Origin: Mobula hypostoma
Taxonomy: Eukaryota
Assembly: GCF_963921235.1 (NCBI RefSeq)
Contig: NC_086097.1
Span: 248,250,001 to 248,314,000 of the forward strand
DNA: 64,000 nt
Reading direction: 5' to 3'
The translations under genes and the position numbers were made by a program. Below the pieces are notes generated by a model. The model was not told the DNA's origin. It did no database searches and was given only the letters and a program-made list of their open reading frames with translations. Shown here one piece after another: positions 13,008 to 26,395 of the stretch. Numbering within the stretch: the stretch's first letter is position 1; each line of letters opens with the position of its first letter.

Positions 13008-13850
13008 TGTTACAAGAATCACCCCTTGTAATAATGATCAGTGAGGCACAGAGAATCTGTACTTACCGACAAGTAACTTCTATTATTTCTACTAAAAAGC
13101 ACGTGGGTTCACACTCTTGTCTACCTGTGTGCTCCCTACGAGAACCTCTGCCCCGACACTCCATGAACAGTCAATGAAGAGAGAAGATAATACCCGGGAA
13201 AGGAGTCCACGCTGCCCAGGCTCTCCTCGTGGTCCCGATCTCCACATGTCCGTGGGGTTCTCCTTATCCACGATGGTTGGTCTCTGGCTGCTGGAGAGTT
13301 ATCGCCCCTGCATTTTTTGGAGTTCCTGAGTTTTATACTGTACCTCATCAATTGAACCATTGGATCTCCATCCCATTGGCTCAGGGTCACCTGATCTACC
13401 TGGGTCACCTTCTTACTGGTCATTGTACAGAGCTACACCAACATTGTTCCATGGCTCTGCTCACCCCAGCCTTGTGTATTTGTGCCTTTACACTCTGACT
13501 GGTCCAAACCAGTTAAATAAGACAACCCAGACAGAGTCTAACAAGATTACATATTACTTCTTTGGTAGGTCTGGCATTTTACATAACAAGTAGCCACTCC
13601 TCTGAGAATGGTCTCAGGTTTATTGATCCAATTAGATTGTCCCAGAGTCAAGAATCAATTCAGAGTCCACGCCCTTTACGTAACAAATGGTTACTTGTTT
13701 GAGAATAGTCTCAGGTTCAGCAGATCAGTACCTGAAGCTTCCTGTGTCCACATTCAGTTGCTCTGATTAGATTATCCAAGAGCAAGAGTCAGTTTAGAGT
13801 CCACAAAAAAGGGGGAACAAAGATAACTGGCTTGTCTGCTTCCTCTGTCT
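13008..13850. mobile_element. Possible LTR-like fragment
   Basis: Begins tgttaca; internal degenerate duplication gagaat(g/a)gtctcaggtt...attagatt...cagagtccac; no matching second terminus found. Confidence 0.3.
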
Positions 13851-14547
13851 AATGCCAAGGAGCCTCGCCATTAACTGAGGGGTCCGTAGACCCAAGTTGG
13901 GAACCCCTGCTCTAGCCTGTCCTCTCTTTCCCCCACATCCCTGCCATTAAACGTTAATCTGACCCCAAACTCACCTCCTTGTCCCCAAAATCATCCATAT
14001 GAAAGGCTTGCAGACCGTGGAAAGGGAGAGGAGGTTCCTCTAGTGGGAGAGTCTAGGACCAGAGGGCATGGTGTTAGAGTAGAGGGACGTCCATTTAAAT
14101 CAGATGAGGAGGAATTTCTTTAGCCAGAGAGTTAGAACTCTGTAGAATTCGAGCCTGTCCACCTAAACCGAGAGCGAGGTTGGATCGGTATAAGCGTCGG
14201 GCCAATTTGGAAACGTCAGGTACAGGCCGGAACATGGTTGCAGGGTGCAGGCCCAGAGTGTATCGATGCAGCAGGGCCCAGTTCCTAGAGCAAGGAACAA
14301 ATTGGTGGTTGGACGATTTAAACTGCCAGGTCAGGTTTCAGGACCTGAGGCGAGGGTCAGGCTGGTTCTGCTCGCTCTTCGGTGACGTTTGCTCTGCTGT
14401 TCGTGCCGTGAGGCCAAGGCTGTGGGCCTGCCCTGGCTGCTCCGGGCTTCATGTCCTCGAGCTCCACTACGTTTTTCTCTGCTGTTTGACGAACTGAGGC
14501 TGAGGCTGTGGCTGTAGGCCTGCTCCAGCTGCTCCAGGCTTCATCTC

Positions 14548-17500
14548 GAGCGAAGGGAGTTTTTCACTACTCGGGGTAAAAGAGAGGTGAGACTGCGCAG
14601 GCATGTGATGTCAGCCAGTACAGAGTGAAAAGTTTAAAAAAGGCAACCAATCTTCAACAGTTTTTGATTTGGAGCAAGAAGGCTGCGAGTGAACGACTGA
14701 ATTTTTTGGAGCGAAGGGTGTTTTTTACTACTCGAGGTAAGAGAGAGGCGAGACTGCGCAGGCACGTGACATCAGCCAGTACAGCGCGAAATGTTTAAAA
14801 AGAAGACCGCCATATCTAGCAGGCAGCATTCAGAGTGGGCAGCGGAGTGAGAGGCGACAGAATGATAGGGCTTTGGCTCAACGGGTTTAGGCAGTAACAG
14901 GAAGAGGCAAGGTAGGTTTACCTGTGTTAATTGCGGAAAGGAAGTAGTATGAGTATGAGGCCAGTTTTCTGTGCTCGGTGTTAGATGTGGGAGGTCCTAG
15001 GGGTCTCCTAGCCTCCCGGATGGCCATATCTGCACCAGGTGTGTCGAGCTGCAGCTCCTTAGAGACCGTGTTAGGGAACTGGAGATGCAGCTGGATGACC
15101 TTCGCTTGGTCAGGGAGAGCAAGGAGGTGATAGACAGGAGTTATAGGCAGGTGGTCACACCAGGGCCATAGGAGACAGACAAGTGGGTCACAGTCAGGAG
15201 GGGGAAGGGGAACAGTCAGGTACTAGAGAGTACCCCCATGGCTGTACCCCTTGACAATAAGTACTCCTGTTTGAGTACTGTTGAGGGGGGGGGGACAGCC
15301 TACCTGGGGGAAGCAACAGTGGCCATGCCTCTGACACAGAGTCTGGCCCTGTGGCTCACAAAGGTAGGAGAAGGAAGAGGATGGCAGCAGTGATAGGGGA
15401 CTCTATAGTTAGGGGGTCAGACAGGGGATTCTGTGGACGCAGGAAACTCGGATGGTAGTTTGCCTCCCAGGTGCCAGGGTCCAGGATGTTTCAGATTGTG
15501 TCCAAGATATCCTGCAGTGGGAGAGAGAACAGCCAGAGGTCATGGTACATATTGGTACCAATGACATAGGTAGGAAAAGGGAAGAGGTCTTGAAAATAGA
15601 TTACAGGGAGTTAGTTGGTGGGGCGGGGGGGGGATGAAACTGGACTCTCACGGTGGTGTCTGAAAAGAGGATGCTGTCTAAGTTGCATGCCATCTTGGAC
15701 AATGTCTCCCATCCACTACATAATGTACTGGGTGGGCACAGGAGTACATTCAGCCAGAGACTCATTCCACCGAGATGCAACACAGAGCGTCATAGGAAGT
15801 CATTCCTGCCTGTGGCCATCAAACTTTACAACTCCTCCCTTGGAGGGTCAGACACCCTGAGCCAACAGGCTGGTCCTGGACTTATTTCATAATTTACTGG
15901 CATAATTTACATATTACTATTTAACTATTTATGGTTTTATTGCTATTTGTTATTTATGGTGCAACTGTAACGAAAACCAATTTCCCCCGGGATCAATAAA
16001 GTATGACTACTACTACTATGAACGAAGTTGAGAAGCAGGACCACAAAGGTAGTAATCTCAGGATTACTGCCTGTGCCACACGACAGTGAGTATAGGAATA
16101 GAATGAGGTGGAGGATAAATGCGTGGCTAAGGGATTGGAGCAGGGGGCAGGGATTCAGATTTCTGGAAAATTGGGATCTCTTTTGGGGCAGGTGTGACCT
16201 GTACAAAAAGGATGGGTTGCACTTGAATCCCAGGGGGACCAATATCCTGGCAGGGAGGTTTGCTAAGGCAGCTGGGGAGAGTTTAAACTAGAATTGTGGG
16301 AACTGAACTGAAGAGACTGGAGAAGAGGAGGTTGGCTCACAAATAGAGAAAGCTTGTAGACAGTGAGAAAGGGAGGATAGGCAGGTGATAGAGAAGGGAC
16401 GCGCTCAGGTTGAAGGTTTGAGATGTGTCTATTTTAATGCAAGGAGCATTGTGAATGAAGTGGATGAGCTTAGAGCGTGGATCAGTACTTGGAGATACGA
16501 TGTGGTGGCCATTACAGAGACTTGGATGGCTCAGGGACAGGAATGGTTACTTCAAGTGCTAAGTTTTAGATGTTTCGGAAGGGGCACGGATGGAGGCAAA
16601 AGAGGTGGGGGCGTGGCACTGTTGATCAGAGATAGCGTCACAGCTGCAGAAAAGGTGGTATCATGGAGGGATTGTCTACGGAGTCTCTGTGGGTGTAATA
16701 ACAATAGAGTTGTCGTGATGGGAGATTTTAATTTCCCAGATATCGATTGGAATCTCCCTAGAGCAAGGGATTTAGATGGGGTGGAGTTTGTTAGGTGTGT
16801 TCAGGAAGGTTTCTTGACACAATATGTAGATAAGCCTACAAGAGGAGAGGCTGTACTTGATCTGGTATTGGGAAATGAACCTGGTCAGGTGTCAGATCTC
16901 TCAGTGGGAGAGCGTTTTGGAGATAGTGATCATAATTCTATCTCCTTTACGATAGTATTGGAGAGAGATAGGAACAGACAAGTTAGAAAAGCGTTTAATT
17001 GGAGTAAGGGGAATTATGAGGCTATCAGGTAGAAAATTTGAGGCATAAATTGGAAACAGATGTTCTCAGGGAAAGGTACAGAAGAAATCTGGCAAATATT
17101 CAGGGGATATTTGTGTGGGGTTCTACATAGGTGTATTCCAATGAGACAGGGAAATTATGGTAGGGTACAGGAACCGTGGTGTACAAAGGCTGTAATAAAT
17201 CTAGTCAAGAAGAAAAGAAAAGCTTACCAAAGGTTCCAAGAGCTAGGTAATGTTGGAGATCTAGAAGATTATAAGGCTAATAGGAAGGAGCTTAAGAGGA
17301 ATTTAGGAGAGCTAGAAGGGGCCATGAGAAGGCCTTGGTGGGCAGGATTAAGGAAAACCCTAAGGCATTCTACAGGTGTGTGAAAAGCAAGAGGATAAGA
17401 TGTGAGAGAACAGGACCAATCAAGTGTGACAGTGAGAAAGTATGTATGGAACTGGAGGAAATAGCAGAGGTATTTAATGAATACTTTACTTCAGCATTCA

Positions 17501-19178
17501 CTATGGAAAAGGATCTTGGTGATTGTAGTGATGACTCGCAGCAGACTGAAAAGCTTGAGCATGTAGATATTAAGAAAGAGGATGTGCTGGAGCTTTTGGA
17601 AAGCATCAAATTGGATAAGTCACTGGGACCGGATGAGATGTACCCCAAGCTACTGTGGGAGGTGAGGAAGGAGACTGCTGAGCCTCTGGCGATGATCTTT
17701 GCCTCATCAATGGGGACAGGACAAGTTCCGGAGGATTGAAGGGTTGCGGATGTTTTTCCTTTATTCAAGAAAAGGAGTAGAGATAGCCCAGGAAATTATA
17801 GACCAGTGAGTCTTAACTCAGTGATTAGTAAGTAGTTGGAGAAGATTCTGAGAGGCAGGATTTATGAACATTTGGAGAGGCGTAATATGATTAGGAGTAG
17901 TCAGCATGGCTTTGTTAAGGGCAGGTCGTGCCTTACGAGCCTGATTGAATTTTTTGAGGATGTGACTAAACACATTAATGAAGGTAGAGCAGTAGATGTA
18001 GTGTATATGGATTTCAGCAAGGCATTTGATAAGGTACCCCATGCAAGGCTTATTGAGAAAGTAAGGAGGCATGGGATCCAAGGGGACATTGCTTTGTGGA
18101 TCCAGAACTGGCTTGCCCACAGAAGGCAAAGAGTGGATGTAGACGGGTCATATTCTGCATGGAGGTCGGTGACTAGTGGTGTGCCTCGGGGATCTGTTCT
18201 GGGACCCCTACTCTTTGTGATTTTTATAAATGACCTGGATGAGGAAGTGGAGGGATGGGTTTGTAAATGTGCTGATGACACAAAGGTTGGGGGTGTTGAG
18301 GATAGTGTGGAGGGCTATCAGAGGTTACAGCAGGACATTGATAGGATGCAAAACTGGGCTAAGAAGTGGCAGATGGCATTCAACCAAGATAAGTGTGAAG
18401 TGGTTCATTTTGGTAGGTCAAATATGATGGCAGAATATAGCATTAATGGTAAGACTCTTGGCATTGTGGAGGATCAGAGGGATCTTAGGGTCCGAGTCCA
18501 TAGGACGCTCAAAGCAGCTGCGCAGGTTGACTCTGTGGTTAAGAAGGCGTACGGTGTATAGCCCTTCATCAATCATGGAATTGAATTTAGGAGCCGAGAG
18601 GTAATGTTGCAGCTGTATAGGACCCTGGTCAGACCCCACTTGGAGTACTGTGCTCAGTTCTGGTCACCTCACTACAGGAAGGATGTGGAAGCCATAGAAA
18701 GGGTGCAGAGGAGATTTACAAGGATGTTGCCTGGATTGGGGAACATGTCTTATGAGAATAGGTTGAGTGAACTTGGCCTTTTCTCCTTGGAGCGACGGAG
18801 GATGAGAAGTGACCTGATAGAGGTGTACAAGATAATGAGAGGCATTGATTGTGTGGATAGTCAGAGGCTTTTTCCCAGGGCTGAAATGGTTGCCACAAGA
18901 GGACACAGGTTTAAGGTGCTGGGGAGTAAGTACAGAGGAGATGTCAGGGGTAAGTTTTTTCATTCATAGAGTGGTGAGTGCATGGAATGGGCTGCCGGCA
19001 ATGGTGGTGGAGGTCGATATGATCGGGTCTTTTAAGAGACTTTTGGATAGGTACATGGAACTTAGTAAAATAGAGGGCTATGGGTAAGCCTAGTTATTTT
19101 TAAGGTAGGGACATGTTCGGCACAACTTTGTGGGCCAAAGGGCCTTTATTGTGCTGTAGGTTTTCTCTGTTTCTATCT
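14548..19178 (+). mobile_element. Near full-length CR1 LINE: duplicated 5' UTR unit, ORF1 (zinc finger plus SGNH esterase), ORF2 (APE endonuclease plus RT), 3' tail
   Basis: ORF1 CxxC motifs from about 14950, GDS/HIGTND/DGLHLN esterase motifs to 16291; ORF2 NARSI, VAITETW, GDFN, SDHNS, DFSKAFD, FINDLD, ADDTK, RPHLEYC; disrupted by stops, an internal deletion near 16695 and a Rex1 insert. Confidence 0.95.
15615..16020 (+). mobile_element. Rex1/Babar 3' fragment inserted into CR1 ORF1
   Basis: Splits ...DYREL / RSRTTKVVISG; ends aataaagtatgactactactactatg; same family as 251-540. Confidence 0.85.
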
Positions 19179-19716
19179 TTCATGTCTGCGGGCTCCACAA
19201 TGTGCTCTGCTGTGTGACGAGCTGAGGCTGTGGGCCTGTCCCGGCCGCTCTGGGCTTCAGGTCTGCGGACTCACTTTTGTTCTTGCATGCTCTTTGCTTG
19301 CTTTTATTGACTGCACGATTTGTGCTCCTTTGCTCTCTCTGTGCACTGGGTGTCTATTGGTCTTTTTCTAATGGGCTCTTTCAAGTTTCTTGTTTTGTGG
19401 CTGCCTGTAAAGAGATGAATCTCAAGACTATATAATTTATACATATTTTGTTAAACATGTACTTTGAACTTACATTTGTGGCACTTAAGAAACTCTTAGT
19501 CACAGGGATGGTTAATGGAACAATGGAGGGTTATGTAGGAGGTTGCTCTTAGAGTAGGTTAAGATGTTCACAACACCATGAATCAAAGGGGCTGGACCGT
19601 GCTGTACTGTTCTATAACAAAATATTCAAGCATCACTTTCAGTGAATTCTTAGCTCCAACATTTTGGGAAATGCTCTGATGTGAACTGACCTGAGAAGTG
19701 TTTCCTTAATTCATAG

Positions 19717-19797
19717 GTGCTGCAGAAGCTCGGCAAAGCAGATGAAACAAGAGATGAGCAGTTTGAAGGATTTGTACAAAACTTCAAAAAGCAGGAG
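19717..19797 (+). CDS. AMPH: Amphiphysin N-BAR exon (equivalent to exon 2): [27 protein letters not shown]
   Basis: Acceptor ttcatag, donor gtaagt; 81 nt, phase 0-0; the peptide matches the AMPH/BIN1 motif [17 protein letters not shown] as recalled. Confidence 0.95.
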
Positions 19798-20067
19798 GTA
19801 AGTAAAGATCTTGCTTTCATAGTGAACTCCTTCCACCACTTGGATTCACTAAATCACTTTGCAACGCAAGAACCATCTTTCAAGTGAAATTAGGCCCTCA
19901 TACAGTACTAAGCACATTCCTACAATTAAGTGATTGGTCTGTAAGTCACACAGTCAGAGAGTTACACAACATGGGAATAGGCCCTTTGTCCCAACCCATC
20001 TATGCTGACACAGAAGGCCATCTAAGCTAGTCCCATTTATCTGCACTTGGCCCATATCCCTCTAAAC

Positions 20068-20146
20068 TAGGCGTTCCCAACCTGGGATCCACCAACCCCT
20101 CAGTTAATGGTAGGGGTCCATGGCATAAAAAAGTTGGGAAACCCTG
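20068..20146. mobile_element. Tiny hAT/Charlie-type MITE
   Basis: TIRs taggcgttcccaac / gttgggaaaccctg; imperfect 8-bp flanks ctctaaac / cactaatc; the right end of a related copy is at about 13868-13909. Confidence 0.65.
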
Positions 20147-21193
20147 CACTAATCCTTTCCTATCCGTGTAGTTGTCCAAGTGTCTTTTAAAAGTTGTTAT
20201 TGCATCTACCGCAACCATTTTATTGAGATACAGTATGGAGTAGTCCCTTCCGGTCCTTCGAGCTGCACCAACCCACAATCCCCCGATTTAATCGTAACCA
20301 AATCACAAGACAACCTACAATTCCGTATGAACTAGTACTTGCCCATCTTTTGATTGTGGGAGTAGACTAGTGCACCCCAAGGAAACCCAAATGGTCGCAG
20401 GGAGAACATACAAACTCCTTACAGGCAGTGGCAGATCATTCCAGATGCCGACCACAGTGCGTTTCTGAGGTTCCTATTACATCATTCCCCTCTCCCTGTA
20501 AATCAAGTCATTGACTCACATCCCTAGAAAAGGACTGTGTGTATTTTTATTATTAATCATCTGTTACGCCACTGGTGCTCAGGGCAGCAGTGAAGATCCT
20601 CCATCTTGGCCTGTCCTTGGCCACTTAGAAAGAACCTTCACTGCTGTTTCCAGCATAAGTTTTTGATCAGTTGGGGTTGTTACTCCTGAGCTGAAACCCT
20701 TGACTTGGAGGACTAGTAGTCCCCTCTTAGTCTGGCTTCTACCCTTTGACCTGTTTGCCATGGGTGACCCTACCCAGAGCCAAAGCATGAAGCCCTGACT
20801 CCAGCCAACAGAGCCTCTGGGTCAGTGAGACACGCAAAACTCCAAACCCAACAACAAGTCTGTGGTCCTCTTGGAGGCATTAACACTCCTAATTTTATAT
20901 GTCTCTGTATGGTTACCTTTCAGTATTCTACACACTCCAAGGAATAAAATCCTAACGAAATCCCTAAAATCCTGACAACATAAATCTCCTCTACACTCAT
21001 TGTATCTTTCCCATAGCAGAGTAACAAAAACTGAACAGAATATTCCAAATCCATCCTCACCAACATCTCGTACAACTACAGCATAGCATCCCAATGTCTC
21101 TACTCAGTGGCCTTCACTACCTGGGCGCCATGGTAACATAGCGGTTAGTGCTACGCTTTTACAACTCAGAGCGTTCCGGCGCTGTTCTATAGA

Positions 21194-22576
21194 CAATAGG
21201 TGCAGGAGTAGGCCATTTGGCCCTTCGAGCCAGCACCGCCACTCACCATGATCATGGCTGATCATTCGCTATCAGTATCCAGTTCCTGCCTTATCCCCAT
21301 AACCTTTGTTTCCACTATCTTTAAGAGTTCTATCCATCTCTTTTTTGAAAGCATGCAGAGACTTGGCCTCCACAGCCTTCTGGGGCAGAGCATTCCATAT
21401 ATCCACCACTCTCTGGGTGAAAAAGTTTTTCCTCAGCTCCGTTCTAAATGGCCTACCCCTAATTCTTAAACTGTAGCCTCTGCTTCTGGACTCACCCATC
21501 AGCGGGAACATGCTTCCTGCCTCCAGCGTGTCCAATCCCTTAATAATCTTACATGTTTCAATAAGATCCCCTCTCAGCCTTCTAAATTCCAGAGCATATA
21601 AGCCCAGTTGCTCCAATCTTTCGATATATGACAGTCCCGCCATCCCGGGAATTAACCTTGTGAACCTACGCTGCACTTCCTCAATAGTAAGAATGTCCTT
21701 CCTCAAATTTGGAGACCAAAACTGCACACAGTACTCCAGGTGTGGTCTCACCAGGGCCCTGTACAGCTGCAGAAGGACCTCTTTGCTCTTATACTCAATT
21801 CCCCTTGTTATGTAGGCCAGCATGCCATTAGCTTTCTTCACTGCCTGCTGTACTTGCATGCTTGCTTTCAGTGACTGATGTACAAGAACACCTAGATCTC
21901 ATTGTGCTTCTCCTTTTCCTAACTTGACTCCATTTAGATAGTAATCTGCCTTCCTGTTCTTACCACCAAAGTGGATAACCTCACAGTTATCCACATTAAA
22001 CTGCATCTGCCATGCATCTGCCCACTCACCCAGCCTGTCCAAGTCACCCTGCATTCTTACAACATCCTCCTCACATTTCACACTGCCTCCCAGCTTTGTG
22101 TCATCGGCAAATTTGCTAATGTTACTTTTAATTCCCTCATCTAAGTCATTAATATGTATTGTAAACAGCTGTGGTCCCAGCACTGAACCCTGCGGTACCC
22201 CACTGGTCACCGCCTGCCATTCCGAAAGGGACCCGTTAATCGCTACTCTTTATTTTCTGTCAGCCAGCCAATTTTCAATCCATGTCAGTACTCTGCCCCC
22301 AATACCATGTGCCCTAATTTTGCCCACTGATCTCCTATGTGGGACTTTATCAAAGGCTTTCTGAAAGTCCAGGTACACTACATCCACTGGCTCTCCCTTG
22401 TCCATTTTCACAGTTACATCCTCAAAAAATTCCAGAAGATTAGTCAAGCACGATTTCCCCTTCGTAAATCCAAGCTGACTCGGACCAATCCTGTTACTAC
22501 TATCCAGATGTGTCGTGATTTCATCTTTTATAATTGACTCCAGCATCTTTCCCACCACTGACTTCAGGCTAATCAG
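21194..22576 (-). mobile_element. CR1 RT fragment inserted into an HE1-like SINE
   Basis: Minus ORFs with DFQKAFD, GVPQGSVLGP, FADDTK, RPHLEYC; tctataga at 21186-21193 and 22577-22584. Confidence 0.92.
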
Positions 22577-22620
22577 TCTATAGAGAGTCTGTAAACGTTC
22601 TGTAAAGAGTCTCTGTATGT

Positions 22621-23385
22621 CATAGAGTCATAGAAAAGTACAGCACAGAAACAGGCCCTTCAGCCCATCTAATCCGTGCTGAACCATTTGAACTACATCC
22701 ATCGATTTGCACGGGGACCATAACCCTCCATGCCCCTACCATCCATATACCCATCCAAACTTCTCTTAAACATTGAAATCAAGCTCGCATGCACCATTTG
22801 CTCTGGAATCTCACTCCACACTCTCACCCACCCTCTGAATGAAGAAGATTTCCCCCGTGTTCCCCTTAGACTTTTCACCTTTCACCCTTAACCCATGACC
22901 TCTACTTGTAGCCCCACCCAACCTCAGTGGAAAAAGCCTGCTTGCATTCACCCTATCTCTACACCTCATAATTTGGTGTACCTCTATCAAATCCCTAACT
23001 CTTCTACATTCCAAGGAATAAAGTCCTAGTGTATTCAATCTTTGCTGATAACTTAGGTCCTCCAGACCTGTCAACATCCTTGTAAATTTTCTCCATATGC
23101 TTTCAATGTTATTTACATTTTTCCTATAGGTAATTGACCAGATCTGCACACAATACTCCAATTTAGGCCTTACCAAAGCCTTATACAACTTCAACATAAT
23201 GTTCCATCTTCTGGACAAAATACATTGAATTATGAAGGCTAATGTGACAAAAGCTTTCTTTACAACCCTCTCTACCTGGAATTATGGACCTGTATTCCCA
23301 GATCCCCTTGTCCTACAGCACTCCACAGTGCCCTACCGTTCACAGTGTAAGACCTTCGCTGGTTGGTGCTACCGACTCATCTTGG
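22621..23385 (-). mobile_element. CR1 3' fragment (second insertion into the same SINE)
   Basis: Minus ORF LYKALVRPKLEYCVQIWS; (CTATGA)-like tail at about 22621; the SINE core resumes at about 23390. Confidence 0.85.
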
Positions 23386-26300
23386 TTTCCTCCCCATGGA
23401 ATGCATGGGTCTTCTCCAGGTGCTCCAGTCCACAGACGTACTGAGCAGGTTAATTGGTCATTGTAAATTGTCCCGTGATTAGGTTTGGGTTAATTGAGGC
23501 TGTGGGGTTGCTGGTGGTGTGGTTCGAAGGACTGCAAGGGCCTACTCCATGCTGTATCGCTAAAGAAATAGATGTATTTCTTAGGCATTAGTTGAAGGGA
23601 GATGTTTGCTCAAAAAGGAAGAGGAATGCACCAGCAGTCAGTAAGATCGATGCTTTCACATCAATTTTGTTTCCTCACTGGCTTCCCGTATTTGCTGATT
23701 ACTCTGCCAATGCCTCTCAGAATGTTATTGTCATTGTGTACAGTTCTGGTCACCTACCTACAGGAAAGATATCAATAAGATTGAAAGAGTGCAGGGAAGA
23801 TTTACAAGGATGAAAGATTGAAAGGTGACAGGAAAGGGTTGAACAGGCTTAGACATCATAAGACCATAAAACACAGGAGCAGAATTAGGTCATTTGGCCC
23901 ATCGAGTCTGCTCTGCCATTCAATCATGGTTGATCCTTTTTTTAATATCTCTTCCTTAACCCCAGTTCCCGGACCTCTCCCCGTAAACTTTGATGCAATG
24001 TCCAATCAATAACCTATCAATCTCTGCCTTAAAGAGGCCCAAAACTGTTCACAATACTCAAGGTGAGGCCTCACCAGAGCCTTATAAAGCCTCAGCATCA
24101 CATCCTTGCCCTTGTATTCTAGACCTCCTGAAATGAATGTTAACATGGCATTTGCCTTCCTCAAAACTGACTCAACCTGCAAGTTAACCATTAAGGCTGT
24201 TCTGCACAAGGACTCCCAAGTCCCTCTGCATTTCAGATTCCTGGATTTTCTCCTTGTTTAGAAAATAGTCCACTCATTGATTTCTATTACCAAAGTGCAT
24301 GACCATGCATTTTCCAACATTATATTTCATTTGCTACTTTCTTGCCCATTCTCCTAATCTGTCTAAGTCCTTCTGCATCCTACTTATTTCCTCAACATTA
24401 CATGCCCTCCACCAATCTTCGCATCATCTGCAAACTTGGCAACAAAGCCATCATCTGAATCATTTATATACAGCAATTAAAGAAGTGGTCCCAACACCAA
24501 CCCCTGCGGAACACCACTAGTCACTGGCAGCCAACCAGAAAAGGATCCTTTTATTCCCACTCACTGCCTCCTACCAATCCGCCAATGCTCTAAACATGTT
24601 AGTAACTTTCCTGTAATACCATAGGCTCTTAACTTGGTAAGCAGCCTCATGTGTAGCACCTTGTTAAAGGCCTCTTGAATGTTCAAATATATAACATCCA
24701 CTGCATCCCTTTTATCTATCCTACTTGTAATCTCCTCAAAGAATTTCAACAGGTTTGTCAAGCAAGATTTTCCCTGAAGGAAACCATGCTGACTTTGTAC
24801 TATCTTGTCCTGTGTCACCAAGTACTCCATCACCTCATCCTTAACAATTGACTCTAACATCTTCCCAACCACTGAGGTCAGGCTAACTGGTTTATAATTT
24901 CCTTTCTGCTGCCTTCCTCCTCTCTTATAGAATGGAGTGACATTTGCAATTTTCCAGACCTCTGGCACCATACCAGAGTCCAATGACTTTTGAAAGATCA
25001 TTTCTAATGCCACCAGAATCTCTAATGCTACCTCTTTCAGAGCCCTAGGATGCAGTTCCACTGGTCCGGGTGACTTATGTACCTTTAGGTCTTTCAATTT
25101 TTTGAGCACCTTCTCCCTTGTAATAGTAACTGCACTCAATTCTCTTCACACTCTACAACATCAGACATACTACTAGTGTCTTACACAGTGAAGACTGACA
25201 CAAAATACTCATTTGGTTCATCAGCCATCTCCTTGTCCACCGTTATTATTTCTCCTACCTCATTTTCTAGTGATCCTATATCCACTCTCATTTCTATTTT
25301 TAACATACCCTGAAAAAACTTTTACTATCCACTTTGATATTATTTGCTAGCTTGCTTTCATATTTCATCTTTTCCCTTCTAATTATATTGCTCTCTGTAG
25401 GCTTTTAAAAACTTCCCAATCCTCTATCTTCCCACTAATTTTTGCTATGTTGTATGCCCTTTCTTTTGTTTTTACAATAGTTTTACTTCCCTTGTCAGCC
25501 ACGGTTGTACTATTTTACCATTTGAGTATTTCTTCATTTTTGGAATACACATGTCCTGCACCTTCCTCATTTTTCCCATTACTGCTCTGCTGTCATCTCT
25601 GCCAGCAGCTCCTTCCAATTTACTTTGGCCACCTCCTCTCTCATACCACGGTAATTTCCTTTACTCCACTGAAATACTGCTATGTCAGACTTTACTTTCT
25701 CCCTATCAAATTTCAAGTTGAACTCAGTCATATTGTGATCACTGGTTCCTAAGGGTTCTTTTACCTTAAGCTCTCTAATTGCCTCCAGTTCATTACATAA
25801 CACCCAATCCGGTATAGCTGATCCACTAGTAGACTCAACGATAAACTGCTCTAAAAAGCTATCTCTTAGGCATTCAACAAACTCACTCTTTTGAGATCCA
25901 TTTTCAATCGACCTGCATGTTAAAATCTCCCAAAACAACCATAACATTGCCCTCTTGACTCCCTTTTTCTATTTCTTGTTGTAACCTGTGGTCCACATCT
26001 CAGCCCACTGTTGGGAGGCCTGTATATAACTGTCATCAACATCCTTTTACCCTTGTAGTTTCTTAACTCAACCCACAAGGATTCAACATCTTCCAATCCT
26101 ATGTCACATGTTTCTATTGATTTGATGCCATTCTTCACCAGTAGAGCCACACCACCCTCTCTGCCTACCTTCCCATCCCTCCAATATAACGTGTAACCTT
26201 GGACATTCAGCTCCCAACTACAACCATCCTTCAGCCACGATTCAGTGATGGCCACAACATCCTACCTGGCAATCTGTAATATTGCAACAAGATCATCCAC

Positions 26301-26395
26301 CTTATTTCTTATACTACGCACATTTAGATACACCTTGAGTACCGTATTTGCTATCCTTTCTGATTCTGCATTCCTAATGATTTAATACTCACCCT

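Noticed and set aside
1..19716. AMPH exon 1 (MA...FAKNVQKRLNRAQEK-like)
   Set aside because: No matching coding segment found by eye; probably upstream of the window.
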